In this document: piece after piece, positions 36,662 to 46,947 of the stretch | Layout of the letters: each line of letters begins with the position of its first letter | Numbering within the stretch: the first letter of the stretch is position 1 | Sequence record: NC_048747.1 | Length of the DNA stretch: 64,000 nucleotides | Strand: one strand, 5' to 3' | The notes under the pieces: generated by a model | The model's input: only the letters and a program-made list of their open reading frames with translations | Told to the model about the DNA's origin: nothing | The model's database searches: none | Position numbers and translations under genes: made by a program

Positions 36662-36722
36662 AATGTTTTCCTTCTTAAGGTTAATGATTAGGTTTTGTAT
36701 ATACTCATGTTTATACACCTAG

Positions 36723-36735
36723 GTTATATAGGTCT
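36723..36735 (-). promoter_or_regulatory. Putative early promoter
   Basis: Minus strand AGACCTATATAAC, variant of the CTATATTAC motif. Confidence 0.4.
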
Positions 36736-36773
36736 GAAAAGAACTGTATGTTAAAAAATAAAGAAAGTAAACA

Positions 36774-36805
36774 TAACCCTACCTCCTTAACGGGAGGTAG
36801 GGTTA
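36774..36805. terminator. Hairpin, CCTAC family
   Basis: 13-bp stem TAACCCTACCTCC/GGAGGTAGGGTTA. Confidence 0.7.
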
Positions 36806-36814
36806 GGGTGTTTA

Positions 36815-37552
36815 TTAAAGGTCCATGACTTTACGCATGTAGTCAAGGTATTCTTGACGCTCACGGAATTGACGAGTGGTCTTTACGATGTATAAACCGT
36901 CTTCACCTATGCCACCTTCCATGTGTTCAGCCAAAGGTGGTTCTTTTACCTCCTGTATGGCTTCCTGTAAAGAGTTTCCCACTTCTTGGAACATCTCATC
37001 AGATGAATTACTAGGACCGTTCTCGAAACGCTCATTGAGGGTTTTACGGTTATAAACAGTTAAGTCTTGGTAATCGACATAACGAGCAGTCCACTCCGAA
37101 GGATTCATATGAAGTGCGTTCTCAGTCAACATGCTCAAAGTAAGCTTTTCATCCTCCGTCACTATCTCATAAATGAAGGGATAAGAGTTCTGCTTGTTTT
37201 GAGCCATGACCAGGAATTCACGCATAGCGCTCGAAACCACACCATGTGACTTGTAATCACTCAGGATTATGGAGTCGGCTATTTCGTGGTATTCTAACTT
37301 AGTCTTAGCCACCGCCACCGGATAAAACGGAAGGTTCGAGATACAAGCGTATTCCGGGGTATTCATTGGTACAATGACGTTATAGAATTTACCGTCGATT
37401 TCGATGTTCAGAGTCATAGGTAGTGAATCTAATTCACCCATCTCCGATTTTACACTCAGCCAATCACGTAGCAACTTTTCATCGAAGTGCTGCCTCTCAA
37501 TCATGGTTTCCGTTAATTGTTGTGACGACAATTCACTTAATTTTACTTGCAT
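36815..37552 (-). CDS. Hypothetical protein
   Basis: 245 aa, overlaps the upstream gene stop. Confidence 0.75.
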   Translation of the reverse strand: MQVKLSELSSQQLTETMIERQHFDEKLLRDWLSVKSEMGELDSLPMTLNIEIDGKFYNVIVPMNTPEYACISNLPFYPVAVAKTKLEYHEIADSIILSDYKSHGVVSSAMREFLVMAQNKQNSYPFIYEIVTEDEKLTLSMLTENALHMNPSEWTARYVDYQDLTVYNRKTLNERFENGPSNSSDEMFQEVGNSLQEAIQEVKEPPLAEHMEGGIGEDGLYIVKTTRQFRERQEYLDYMRKVMDL

Positions 37553-38571
37553 GGTTCTTCCTCGATATCAATGATATCACCGTTAGGGGACCAACGAGCT
37601 TTTAATCGTGGCATTTCTAATTTGTCACGAAGGGCGTTGATCTCTTTAAGTAAGAGAAGTTGAGGAACCTTTTTAGCCACCCACTCTGACTGGGTGTCAG
37701 GTGACGTGCTGACGCTTTGTGTTGGTTCTTCAGGTTGGATAGGTCCGCCATTGAATTTAACATTGAGTTCAGCAAAATAATTTGTCTTGTGGTTAGCTCT
37801 AATACTTCTCAACTGATTTTCACAGAATGGGTATTCTAAAGACACCCCACCAATTTTGGTTACTGTCCCTGGTGCTACTAGGAAACGGGGATCTTTAAAC
37901 CATTCAGTCACTAACTTCCTACAACCGTCTTGTGTCATATCCAAAATAAGCAATGACACAAATCGAACAGATTCCAAGTAACCTAGAATGTGTCGATCTG
38001 GATTATTCTCATCAGGTTTTAATAGTGATGGCGCACCCAGGTTTTTGTGTTCTAACTTGAAATCATCAAGTCGGTAGGTGTACAGTGCATACGTCACATC
38101 ATCCAACCCACCGTCTTTAGGAACAAAGCGAACCGGACCTAATAGGGGGAATGCGACTTCTGTGTAAGAGCTGGTCGGATAACCTACGTTCTCTTCACCT
38201 AAGTAGATGCGAGTAAACACTTTGTTATCTGAGGTTTGTTCCACCGGTGCTTGTTTAATGCCAACAATCGGGTTTTCATGAAACAGTATGTTGTTATCCA
38301 ATCCAGGACGGAAGTACAACTCAGGCATTTGGTTGAAAATATGAAGGTCACCCTTATCAGCAGGGTAAGTTACCGACACATAACCTTCTTTCAACTTGTA
38401 ACTGGTTTTAGGTACCACCACTAAATCTGAAGTAAAGGGGTAAAGAGCCCAAACCAATTTCTTGATCTTTTCAGCATCGTATTCCAGGGTAAGGTTTTTT
38501 AGATGTTCTTGTGTGCGAACTTGGATAGCTGAGACGATCTCTTCGTAATCAAAATGTGTTTCTGTGTTCAT
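37543..38571 (-). CDS. Hypothetical protein
   Basis: 342 aa, ATGA-coupled to 38568..39137. Confidence 0.75.
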   Translation of the reverse strand: MNTETHFDYEEIVSAIQVRTQEHLKNLTLEYDAEKIKKLVWALYPFTSDLVVVPKTSYKLKEGYVSVTYPADKGDLHIFNQMPELYFRPGLDNNILFHENPIVGIKQAPVEQTSDNKVFTRIYLGEENVGYPTSSYTEVAFPLLGPVRFVPKDGGLDDVTYALYTYRLDDFKLEHKNLGAPSLLKPDENNPDRHILGYLESVRFVSLLILDMTQDGCRKLVTEWFKDPRFLVAPGTVTKIGGVSLEYPFCENQLRSIRANHKTNYFAELNVKFNGGPIQPEEPTQSVSTSPDTQSEWVAKKVPQLLLLKEINALRDKLEMPRLKARWSPNGDIIDIEEEPCK

Positions 38572-39137
38572 TTTAAAATACCTCTCGGTAACTTAAGTAA
38601 ATTGTTGTGGTTGCTCCACGGTAAATGACTACCCCACATGCGTAGGCGGTCTATTTTGCGCTGTAAGCCTGTATTGGGTCTTACTAAGGCAAAACCTGCT
38701 GCATCATAGAAACGATGAGCATGGAGCATTCTGGACGCATGGAATGGGGTTTCTTCATAACCGAACTGAAGAGGTGAATTGTTTTTCAAGTTATTCATTT
38801 TCTCTTCAGTATAACCACGGCAATAGTAGTTACGGATTTTGGCCTCTGGTTTATCAAGCTTAGTTCCACCTACCACTGGTAGACGGAAGAACAAACGCTC
38901 ACCATTACGGTTATTGGTTTTAATGCAAACATTAACAAAGCGAACAGTTTGGCGTGTCTTTTTGATCTTAGGTAAAGTCCTTAGTTCTACCCATGCTTCG
39001 TATTCTTCACGAATGACACCAAACATGGTATCGTAATAAGACGTAGGTTTAGAATGATTAAGGGCTACGATTTTCTCTTCCAGTTGATCTAAGAATGCGT
39101 CAATGGTACGAGGGTATAATAGTTTCTTAATAAACAT
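38568..39137 (-). CDS. Hypothetical basic protein
   Basis: 189 aa, K/R rich. Confidence 0.7.
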   Translation of the reverse strand: MFIKKLLYPRTIDAFLDQLEEKIVALNHSKPTSYYDTMFGVIREEYEAWVELRTLPKIKKTRQTVRFVNVCIKTNNRNGERLFFRLPVVGGTKLDKPEAKIRNYYCRGYTEEKMNNLKNNSPLQFGYEETPFHASRMLHAHRFYDAAGFALVRPNTGLQRKIDRLRMWGSHLPWSNHNNLLKLPRGILK

Positions 39138-39157
39138 ATTAAAAATATTCCAATGAA

Positions 39158-39185
39158 TAAGAGGGACCCCGAAGGACCCCTCTTA
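39158..39185 (-). terminator. Terminator with UUCG loop
   Basis: TAAGAGGG..CC-CGAA-GG..CCCTCTTA. Confidence 0.6.
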
Positions 39186-39199
39186 CAAAGTTAAATGAA

Positions 39200-41692
39200 T
39201 TAATAAGTTTTCATCAATTCCAATAGAGCAAGATGCTCACCGTCTTTCAGTTTACGTAGAGTACCTACGTTACTGCGATCATAACGGTTAGTTTGGAAAG
39301 TCCAACGTTGGTCACTTGCATCCGTAAACACGATAACTTGCTCCGCCCCAGGTTTAAGTTTAGAAGATGCTGTCCCGTAGGCTGCCGCAACTAACTTAAA
39401 TAGGTTAGGTAGTTCGCTTCGTTTCACGATAGAGATGGTGTCCCCTGCGCTATTGACTGGTGGAACCATGTTAGAGATGCGAGTGATGATAACTTCACGT
39501 ACAAAGACTACACGCATTGCTGCGTCGTATTCTTCTACCGCACGAGTGCGGGACTTAGGACGAATGTTCGCTGTCAGTAGACGTAACGCTTCGGTACGGT
39601 CTAGGAAACATTGAGACTTCGCAATAAGGGTTTGAGATGTCACAGACTTAGAAAGCTCGTCATAAGCTTCTGGACAAACTTTAGCGATGTAATCTGCTAG
39701 TTCATCTGAACAGTCTGTTAACGTGTGAACTTCAAAACAGAAGTCACTGTTCGGTGTGTTGTCAAAACCGTAACGCTCGATCATGTGGCGTTCTAGTTCT
39801 GTTTTCAAGTAAGTGTCAACTAGTCGAACCAATTCACCTTCTTGAAGGAACTGACGACCTAACGTTGAGTATACTTGTTTGATGAAGTCAAAGTACGAAG
39901 TGTTAACTGTGTGGTCTTTGATCAACATCGGCAGACAACGGTAAACTTCACCTACCGCAGTAGGAGAGTTCATCAATGTAGTTTCGTAATGAACTTCTAC
40001 ATTGCTTGTTGCATGCATGGTGCCTTCACGACGACCCATGGTGTGAACATGGAATGCTTCACGATCATGTTGTTCTAGATCGTTAACCGCTACTTCATCG
40101 ATAAAGGTGTTGCGAATTTGAGTGTCTTCTAGTGCAGCTTCGCGGACTGCGTCTAGGTCGTATTGTTCCTCTTCGTCTACAGTTAGTTCAACTTCACGAA
40201 CTTCGACGATGCCGTCTTCGGTCTCTTTCAATTCCGGTAACAGCAATTCAGGGTTGGTTAAGAAAGTTTCCACTTTTCTACCTCTTGTAGAGATCAGACG
40301 ATCATCAGGATTAGGAATGCCTTCGTGATCTAACGTGAACACAGTAACAAAACCTGGAATAGAGCGCATGTAACGATAGTCACAACGGAAGAACGCATTA
40401 CGCATTACTTCCAGCATTTCTTCGTCTGCGGTAAACAGGTTAGTGTGAGGGATAGCGATTAAGCGTTCCTTCCAATTGTACTGAGTGTGGTTGTCACGAT
40501 TCATTCGTTCGTAGTCAGAGTAACCACCAGTAGGTTCCCCGAATACGATTGGTTGATCATCATCGAATCCCCAATCGTTACCTTCGTGCGGAGTTAGTTC
40601 CTCACGGTAGTAAGTTTGTTCCACTTGACCACTACGTTTTAGTTCTTCTTGCTCTCTCTTCTTATTTTCTTCCATACGACGATTGAGTTCGAATAACATG
40701 TCTGTAACGGGTGTTGTGGACTCAGGGTTAACTGAAAGGTTAACACCTGCATGAGGTGTGTGGTATGGTTCAGGAGCCACACCGTATAGACCTGGGTTCT
40801 CTACCGCATAGTTAGCAGGGTTGCTAGCGTGGTCGAGTTGTTCTTCTAACTTAGGTTCAAAACCATCGTAAGGAGAAGGGATGCCCATGAATGCAAACGA
40901 CTCTGAAATAGACGGAGCACGTTCACGGTATTGGTCCATAAGACGTTGACGGAATCTTGTGCCTGCCGGACCGTCTTCTAATAATAGTTGACGGGCTGAA
41001 GGTGATACACTCAACCAACGACATAACTCCATTGCTATGGTGTTATCTAAACAGCCTTGGAAAAGCAATTCAGATTGTCGTGCATCAGGTGGAGCGTCCG
41101 CCATGATACCTGTTGCCATTTGGTGAGCAAACAAAGTACCTGCGTTCATACCTATGGTCTGACGGATAGTAGAGTTGTTACAAATCATTTCCCAGTATTT
41201 CTTAACGACTTTAACTGGGTATCCATCAGTGAACTTAACCGAAAAGTTCTTCGCAACGATTTCCAGTGATTTAAACCGGGCGTTACGCATAACTAGTTCG
41301 TTAACGATATGCATGATTAGAGGTGCGACAGTGTTCTTAGCTTCTTCACGACGCAATGCGATGATGTCAGATTGAGACTGTCCATCTGCGCTACCGCCGT
41401 TGATGAAGTTGTCGATCGAAGAGTAATCCATGTTAGTAGGACTTTTTCTCTCTTCGTAAGAAACACTGTTGTTTAACTGACCAGAACGCATCATTGCCTG
41501 GATCTGATCAAGTGGACTCATTTGACGTCCACCCTGAGTTCCAGGCATGCCATTGTTCGGCATTGCGTTGCTCACACCCGGCATCATGCCAGAGGTTTGT
41601 TGTTGTGGTTGATTCCAAGTAGGTCCGGTGCCGATTTCTCGGCCCGGTAACGTACCCGGGCGGCTAGGAAAGTTTGGGTTTTGATGACTCAT
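39200..41692 (-). CDS. Conserved phiKZ-like protein of unknown function, low-complexity N-terminus
   Basis: 830 aa, ATGA overlap with the RNAP subunit gene; Q/P/G/M/N-rich first ~75 aa. Confidence 0.7.
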   Translation of the reverse strand: MSHQNPNFPSRPGTLPGREIGTGPTWNQPQQQTSGMMPGVSNAMPNNGMPGTQGGRQMSPLDQIQAMMRSGQLNNSVSYEERKSPTNMDYSSIDNFINGGSADGQSQSDIIALRREEAKNTVAPLIMHIVNELVMRNARFKSLEIVAKNFSVKFTDGYPVKVVKKYWEMICNNSTIRQTIGMNAGTLFAHQMATGIMADAPPDARQSELLFQGCLDNTIAMELCRWLSVSPSARQLLLEDGPAGTRFRQRLMDQYRERAPSISESFAFMGIPSPYDGFEPKLEEQLDHASNPANYAVENPGLYGVAPEPYHTPHAGVNLSVNPESTTPVTDMLFELNRRMEENKKREQEELKRSGQVEQTYYREELTPHEGNDWGFDDDQPIVFGEPTGGYSDYERMNRDNHTQYNWKERLIAIPHTNLFTADEEMLEVMRNAFFRCDYRYMRSIPGFVTVFTLDHEGIPNPDDRLISTRGRKVETFLTNPELLLPELKETEDGIVEVREVELTVDEEEQYDLDAVREAALEDTQIRNTFIDEVAVNDLEQHDREAFHVHTMGRREGTMHATSNVEVHYETTLMNSPTAVGEVYRCLPMLIKDHTVNTSYFDFIKQVYSTLGRQFLQEGELVRLVDTYLKTELERHMIERYGFDNTPNSDFCFEVHTLTDCSDELADYIAKVCPEAYDELSKSVTSQTLIAKSQCFLDRTEALRLLTANIRPKSRTRAVEEYDAAMRVVFVREVIITRISNMVPPVNSAGDTISIVKRSELPNLFKLVAAAYGTASSKLKPGAEQVIVFTDASDQRWTFQTNRYDRSNVGTLRKLKDGEHLALLELMKTY

Positions 41693-43362
41693 TTTTGGTT
41701 GTCTCTCGGCTGACGTGTCGTCAAACGAGCAGTGGTAGCGTTATACAAATCCCGAAGTTTTGGATCAAGCACGATACAATTAGACAGATTCAAATGAACG
41801 GTTGGGCTAAGATACCCACGACCATCTGGATCCGGTTTAGTAATGCGCTCAGGAGACATAGTGAACGGCAACGACGGATGAATGCTGTTAGCCGGGTCGC
41901 TGACGTTAAAGCCAGCTCGTTTGCTACCTCGCGTCGAACACACCTTAGCCTGAGTCATGACACCTAACACGTAATCTGCTAATGGGCAGTCGGTTGGCGT
42001 TGACTCTTGGATTAGGTTGGATTCTCGGGCAGCGGGTTCTATATCTCTTAGACCAAACCAGCGGACGATAGTGTGACCTACCTTGCTCGTGTTCAGATCA
42101 GTGATATTCTTAATATCGTGTTTAAAACGATTAGCTCGGACGATGAGACGATCCATCGTGTACTCTAGTGAACAGACTTCTTTATGGAGCATATCAGCTC
42201 GGTCGACAGTTTTAACGATTTCAGTACGGTTTGCGATGATGTAGTTGAACAAATCGAACATATCATTCACAACAATTCGTTGCGCTGCAAAGCGCTTGAT
42301 TGAACTCTCATCCATGTATTCATAGATGCTTTGAAAATGGTCTTTCATTTGACGCAATATGTTATCCGCACCGCCTCGAGAGGACATGGACGACATACCA
42401 ATAATCAAACGCCAGAACATTCGGTCATCTAATCGATCTAGATCGACTAGCGTGGAACCGCAATCAAACAAGAATATTAAACTTGCTACGTATTGTAATG
42501 CCACTGTTGGAATCTCTCCCCGTTTACGATTCAACGGACGAACCGCAATCGCAAAGGAGTTGAAAATAGAAGTCTTCGTCAACTGTCTTTCTGAACGTCG
42601 ACCACTGTTTGCGTAGATCTCCCAACCTTCGCTTTCAGGGTAGCTGTCACTAATGACATCACTTTCCCCTACGGCAATTTCGCATTCACCATATTTTTCC
42701 ATCGTTTTGGTTACACCGTATTCCGCGAACATGTACCAAGCCAATAAAGGTTCAGGCACTTTCTTTGGATTAACTCGCCACGCTTCTTTTGGAGTATAGA
42801 AGCGGTTGGCGGGCAAGTTAAGCTGCATAGGTGCAGTACGGTTGCCATTTAAGCTCGGATACAATCGATCGAAACCGATATTCTCCGTACCTATCTTGAA
42901 CTTGTAACCAAGAATTCTCACAAAGATTTGCTCATCTTTGGTAACACTTAGACCACGGTCTGCGAGAACGATCTGCAATGAGTATAAAGAGTCACGTAAA
43001 TACATATCGCCATACTCGTCGGTAAACGGGAGCATAACGTAGATGTTAGGGAAGACACGCTCCACACCTTGGTTATCGGTGTACGTGATGTCTAGCCGTG
43101 TTGGATACAATGATTCTTTGTTGGTCTCAAAGGTTTTGTTCTGAGTCGTTTCGCTAATAACCTTGAACATCTCATCAGGGCGCACGGGTCTCAATCCGTG
43201 AAATTTCACCCCTTTGGATTCTAACGACTTTAGGATCATGCGTAATTGCCGCTCGTACCATTTTTCGATATCTTCGAACTGACGTGCATGGAATCCCTTT
43301 GTTAGCTCCGTATTCATACGGGGCATGGTTTCGTCGATAGCATCAAGTAACCTCGGGTCCAT
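41689..43362 (-). CDS. Non-virion RNA polymerase beta-type subunit (N-terminal part; phiKZ gp123-like)
   Basis: 557 aa; ESLYP..LPFTDEYG..LRDSLY..Q..LADRGLS pattern; position two genes downstream of the capsid gene. Confidence 0.7.
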   Translation of the reverse strand: MDPRLLDAIDETMPRMNTELTKGFHARQFEDIEKWYERQLRMILKSLESKGVKFHGLRPVRPDEMFKVISETTQNKTFETNKESLYPTRLDITYTDNQGVERVFPNIYVMLPFTDEYGDMYLRDSLYSLQIVLADRGLSVTKDEQIFVRILGYKFKIGTENIGFDRLYPSLNGNRTAPMQLNLPANRFYTPKEAWRVNPKKVPEPLLAWYMFAEYGVTKTMEKYGECEIAVGESDVISDSYPESEGWEIYANSGRRSERQLTKTSIFNSFAIAVRPLNRKRGEIPTVALQYVASLIFLFDCGSTLVDLDRLDDRMFWRLIIGMSSMSSRGGADNILRQMKDHFQSIYEYMDESSIKRFAAQRIVVNDMFDLFNYIIANRTEIVKTVDRADMLHKEVCSLEYTMDRLIVRANRFKHDIKNITDLNTSKVGHTIVRWFGLRDIEPAARESNLIQESTPTDCPLADYVLGVMTQAKVCSTRGSKRAGFNVSDPANSIHPSLPFTMSPERITKPDPDGRGYLSPTVHLNLSNCIVLDPKLRDLYNATTARLTTRQPRDNQK

Positions 43363-43407
43363 TTGTGTTTCCTCTTATTATTTTAGCGAGGTAACACATA
43401 GGTAAGA

Positions 43408-44478
43408 TTACAAAATAGCTGACATTAACTTGGGTGCTAAGACCTGGGTTAATTTAGCTTCTAGCAAGTGTCCGATTATGTTGAATGGCACTTTGATTAC
43501 CGATTCAAATAATTTACCCCAAACCGAAGTTTGTTCATGTTTGAGTTGTTGCTTGCTATTCGTTTCTTTAAGCTTACCATGTGCTTCCCTCAGTGTAAGG
43601 GTTTCCTTCTCTAGCGCCTTCACTTTAGTTTGCAGTGAGGACACCATAGATGTGGCTTGCTGTAAAGATTTACTATTAATGGACTCTAAGGCTTCGGAGG
43701 ACGACAAATATAGATTGTTATCTTCTAATGCTTTAAAGAACTTTTCCCGATTAACAACCGGATCAGGTATTGGTGAAAATATCTCTTTCATACCTAATAT
43801 AGAAGTCACGGTAAGTTTTAATCCATCTTCTTGATTTGGATCTTGTTTAGGGACGAGTTTCAACACCTGACCATTCACAGGCGTGTAAATGACTGCGTCC
43901 GGGTTGGTGTTGTTTACGTACTCATAAAGAACTTGTGTTGGTGAGTTACGATCTACGCGATTACCGTTAGGGTCAACAGTGACCCCAGAGTAAAATGGAG
44001 ATGGAACTTTAACAAAGTCCTTTTCAAGTTGTTGGAAGGGATAAAAAGACATACTTAAAAGCCGAGAGTGTATTCCACCATCGCTTCCTACGTATTCCCC
44101 TAAATTGGTTCGGGATATCCCGATAACCAGTCGTCCATTGATTTGACCACCAAATGCGATTAACTCTTCCTCCGACTTATTACGGTACGCTTCTCTGATC
44201 TTAAACATGATGTATAAGTCCAGCGGAGTTTCCGGTTCAAAGAAAGAAGGAATGTTTTCGAAGTTAAAAGAATAAGTCACGATGACTTCTACACAACATC
44301 TTGGTTCATCCATAATAGTGAGCGGTTGACATATAGTGTTATACGAACTACGTTTTATGAACAAATCTTCCGTTGTGTAGTTTAAGACTTCGACGTTAAT
44401 AAACTCGCGATGAGCTGGCTTCTCACGTCCATAAATCTGTGGACGTTCAAGAAAGTTAGAAGGGATCTTTACAGACAT
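43408..44478 (-). CDS. Conserved hypothetical protein with C-terminal coiled coil
   Basis: GAGGAAA RBS favours the MSVKIP start at 44478; coiled coil followed by an amphipathic tail. Confidence 0.7.
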   Translation of the reverse strand: MSVKIPSNFLERPQIYGREKPAHREFINVEVLNYTTEDLFIKRSSYNTICQPLTIMDEPRCCVEVIVTYSFNFENIPSFFEPETPLDLYIMFKIREAYRNKSEEELIAFGGQINGRLVIGISRTNLGEYVGSDGGIHSRLLSMSFYPFQQLEKDFVKVPSPFYSGVTVDPNGNRVDRNSPTQVLYEYVNNTNPDAVIYTPVNGQVLKLVPKQDPNQEDGLKLTVTSILGMKEIFSPIPDPVVNREKFFKALEDNNLYLSSSEALESINSKSLQQATSMVSSLQTKVKALEKETLTLREAHGKLKETNSKQQLKHEQTSVWGKLFESVIKVPFNIIGHLLEAKLTQVLAPKLMSAIL

Positions 44479-44553
44479 AATATATTTCCTCATGAGGTAA
44501 TGTACAACAAACTTAATTAAGTAATTAAACGATACATCGTCATGCATCAGGAA

Positions 44554-44567
44554 GATAATATAGATTT
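44554..44567 (-). promoter_or_regulatory. Putative early promoter of the RNAP-subunit operon
   Basis: Minus strand AAATCTATATTATC, identical to 12250-12263. Confidence 0.6.
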
Positions 44568-44589
44568 GTAAAAATTTAACGAAAGCAGT

Positions 44590-44623
44590 ATACTCCCTCC
44601 TACCTTCTGGTAGGAGGGAGTAT
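44590..44623. terminator. Terminator after the capsid gene, CCTAC family
   Basis: 15-bp stem ATACTCCCTCCTACC/GGTAGGAGGGAGTAT. Confidence 0.75.
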
Positions 44624-44658
44624 TAATGAAAGTTAACGGTTTAGTTAACTAGTTCACT

Positions 44659-46848
44659 CTATGGCAGTTTACCAGCATCAGCGTCAGCTGATGTAGTAGT
44701 TGTACTACCTTCAGGGAACTCGTCTGGGTTAGTTACTTTAACGCGTTGAGCGTTTAGGTAACGGATCAGACCTTCTTCGTCGATCGCGTGTTTCGCATCT
44801 TCGATTTCTAGCACACCGATGATTGGACATACAGAGTGGTGCTTGTATGCTGGTTGAGTGATCACGATACCGAAGTCCGCGTTGTTACGAGTTAGGTTCG
44901 CTTGGATCACTTGGTGTTCTTTAGAAACCATCACCCCCATGCCGCCGATAACGTCGATGTTTTCGCCGTTAGTGTCAGATTCTGGGAAGATGTAGAACTT
45001 GCCGATCATGTCGTCTAGGTTAGACTCGATCGCTTGGAAAGAGATACCAGCACCGATAGTACGCGCATCACCTTGACGGATCATGTAGCGTGCTAGGTTT
45101 TGGTGACCAACGATTACCCACTTCTTGTCGATACGACGGTACTCAGAGATAGCCGCTAGACCAGACACTGTGCTTAGTGCTGCACATAGCTCAGTGATGT
45201 TCATAGTTAGCGTTTTCTCTACAGCTTCTAGAACTGTAGTAGAGTCAAGAGCAGATACAGCGTCCGCTAGCTTCATCTTACGGTTTAGGTAAGAAGCGTT
45301 AACGAAGTGCATACCAGCCATTACAGAAGCAGACTGTTCGTTACCTACGATCGCGTGACCGTTTAGAGATGCTACGCGTGCAATGTGACCTTCAGCAGCT
45401 TGGTAAGCTTTAGCTGTAGTTTGCGCTTGTAGGATTGTGTTCATCTCTTCGATTGCGAAGCTTAGAGACTCTTCGTTTACGTCGTTCTTATCAACTGGGT
45501 ATTTCACAGAGATAGGAGTTTCGCGACGAACGTTCATCACTTTGTGTGCATCGAACACTTCAACGCGGTAACCGAAGTTAGTACGGTTAACGTTGTTGTG
45601 GTTGTACGAAGGCAACCAACCGATTACTTGGCCGTTTTCGAACTTGCTGAATAGCGCTTTCACAGTAGTAGACTTAGTAGCCTGGTTGTGTTTAACGTCA
45701 TCTAGTTCGATGTAGTCAAGGTTCAGATCAGACGCGTTAGTCGTGATCGAGTTAGTTTGACGTTGGTAAGTACCGCCAAGTGTAAAGCTGAAGTAAGCTT
45801 TAGCGCCGCCAGCTTGTACTGGATCGAATGCAGTAGTTTCGCTACCGTCTTTCGCTTGGAATGCAGTAACAGGTAGAGCTTTTACAACCATGTTTAGAAG
45901 ACGGTCGTCAGAGCTGTGGCCGTTAGAAGTCACACCGAAAGAAGAGTTTGTGAAGTTGTTCGTTGGAAGTACTAGAACGTGGTCAGTACCACCGATAGTT
46001 ACTTTGAATAGAACTTTCTGAACAGTGATAGAGTTCGCTTCGATTTCGTCAGTTGAGTTATCGAAAGGAGTCTGTCCAGGTACTTCAGCGATACCTAGTA
46101 GGTTGGTGATCGTTTTACCAGTCTTAAGGAAAGACGTTAGGTGGTTTGTACGGCGTAGAGCGTCCGCGTTAGAGTAAGACTTTTCCCAAGGAGTGAAGTC
46201 TGCTTCGTCTACGAATAGCTTGCGAACTGGAGAATCAGTTGTGCCTGGGTAAACCGGAGTTAGCTCTAGTGTGTCGTCTAGGAAGTATTTAGACTGACGC
46301 AGTAGGCTTGTAACAGGTTGTAGTTGAGACGCCGAATCAAACGCAGATGCGCCGTAGATGTAACGACCTAGACCTGAAGTACGAACTGTGTATTCAAGTT
46401 GCTCTGATTCGTAAGGAACAGAAACAGTTTTGAACATCGCTTCTGCTGCGTCAGTTTGACGGTGAGCTAGAGCGTTAAGCGTGATAGATGCCGCTTTGCC
46501 TTCAACAGAATGACCAGGAGACTGAGCCCAAGAGAAACCTTCCATACCAGCGACTTTCTTTTCTTCGCTTAGTAGAGATTCCATGCCGGCAACAGAGTTC
46601 TTGTTTAGTGCATGCTGAATTGAGTTGATAACAGCGAACTTCTGTTCACCAGTTAGAGACTTAAGTGTTTCACCAGCAGAACCACCGAACGCCTCGTTGC
46701 CAGTAACTAGACCTAGTTGCTCAGTTGCTGTTTGTAGAGATTCAACACCAGCAAAAGACTGGAAAGCGCCTTGGTTAAGACCCGATTTGATAGCTGTGTA
46801 AACGCCAGCAGAACTAGGGGTCAGCTGAGCTACGATATTTCTTTTCAT
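44659..46848 (-). CDS. Major capsid protein (phiKZ gp120-like)
   Basis: 729 aa; strong high-expression codon bias; N-terminal propeptide with four G-x-E sites; near the DnaB helicase as in phiKZ. Confidence 0.85.
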   Translation of the reverse strand: MKRNIVAQLTPSSAGVYTAIKSGLNQGAFQSFAGVESLQTATEQLGLVTGNEAFGGSAGETLKSLTGEQKFAVINSIQHALNKNSVAGMESLLSEEKKVAGMEGFSWAQSPGHSVEGKAASITLNALAHRQTDAAEAMFKTVSVPYESEQLEYTVRTSGLGRYIYGASAFDSASQLQPVTSLLRQSKYFLDDTLELTPVYPGTTDSPVRKLFVDEADFTPWEKSYSNADALRRTNHLTSFLKTGKTITNLLGIAEVPGQTPFDNSTDEIEANSITVQKVLFKVTIGGTDHVLVLPTNNFTNSSFGVTSNGHSSDDRLLNMVVKALPVTAFQAKDGSETTAFDPVQAGGAKAYFSFTLGGTYQRQTNSITTNASDLNLDYIELDDVKHNQATKSTTVKALFSKFENGQVIGWLPSYNHNNVNRTNFGYRVEVFDAHKVMNVRRETPISVKYPVDKNDVNEESLSFAIEEMNTILQAQTTAKAYQAAEGHIARVASLNGHAIVGNEQSASVMAGMHFVNASYLNRKMKLADAVSALDSTTVLEAVEKTLTMNITELCAALSTVSGLAAISEYRRIDKKWVIVGHQNLARYMIRQGDARTIGAGISFQAIESNLDDMIGKFYIFPESDTNGENIDVIGGMGVMVSKEHQVIQANLTRNNADFGIVITQPAYKHHSVCPIIGVLEIEDAKHAIDEEGLIRYLNAQRVKVTNPDEFPEGSTTTTSADADAGKLP

Positions 46849-46890
46849 TACTCTTTTCCTTTATCGAAAAAATGTATTAATTTTAATGAT

Positions 46891-46900
46891 AAACATAAAC
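46891..46900 (-). promoter_or_regulatory. Putative late promoter of the capsid gene
   Basis: Minus strand GTTTATGTTT with TATG core about 45 nt upstream of ATG. Confidence 0.35.
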
Positions 46901-46947
46901 AAATATTTGTTTGTGCTTTTCTGTTGCACATAGAATGTTACAACACA

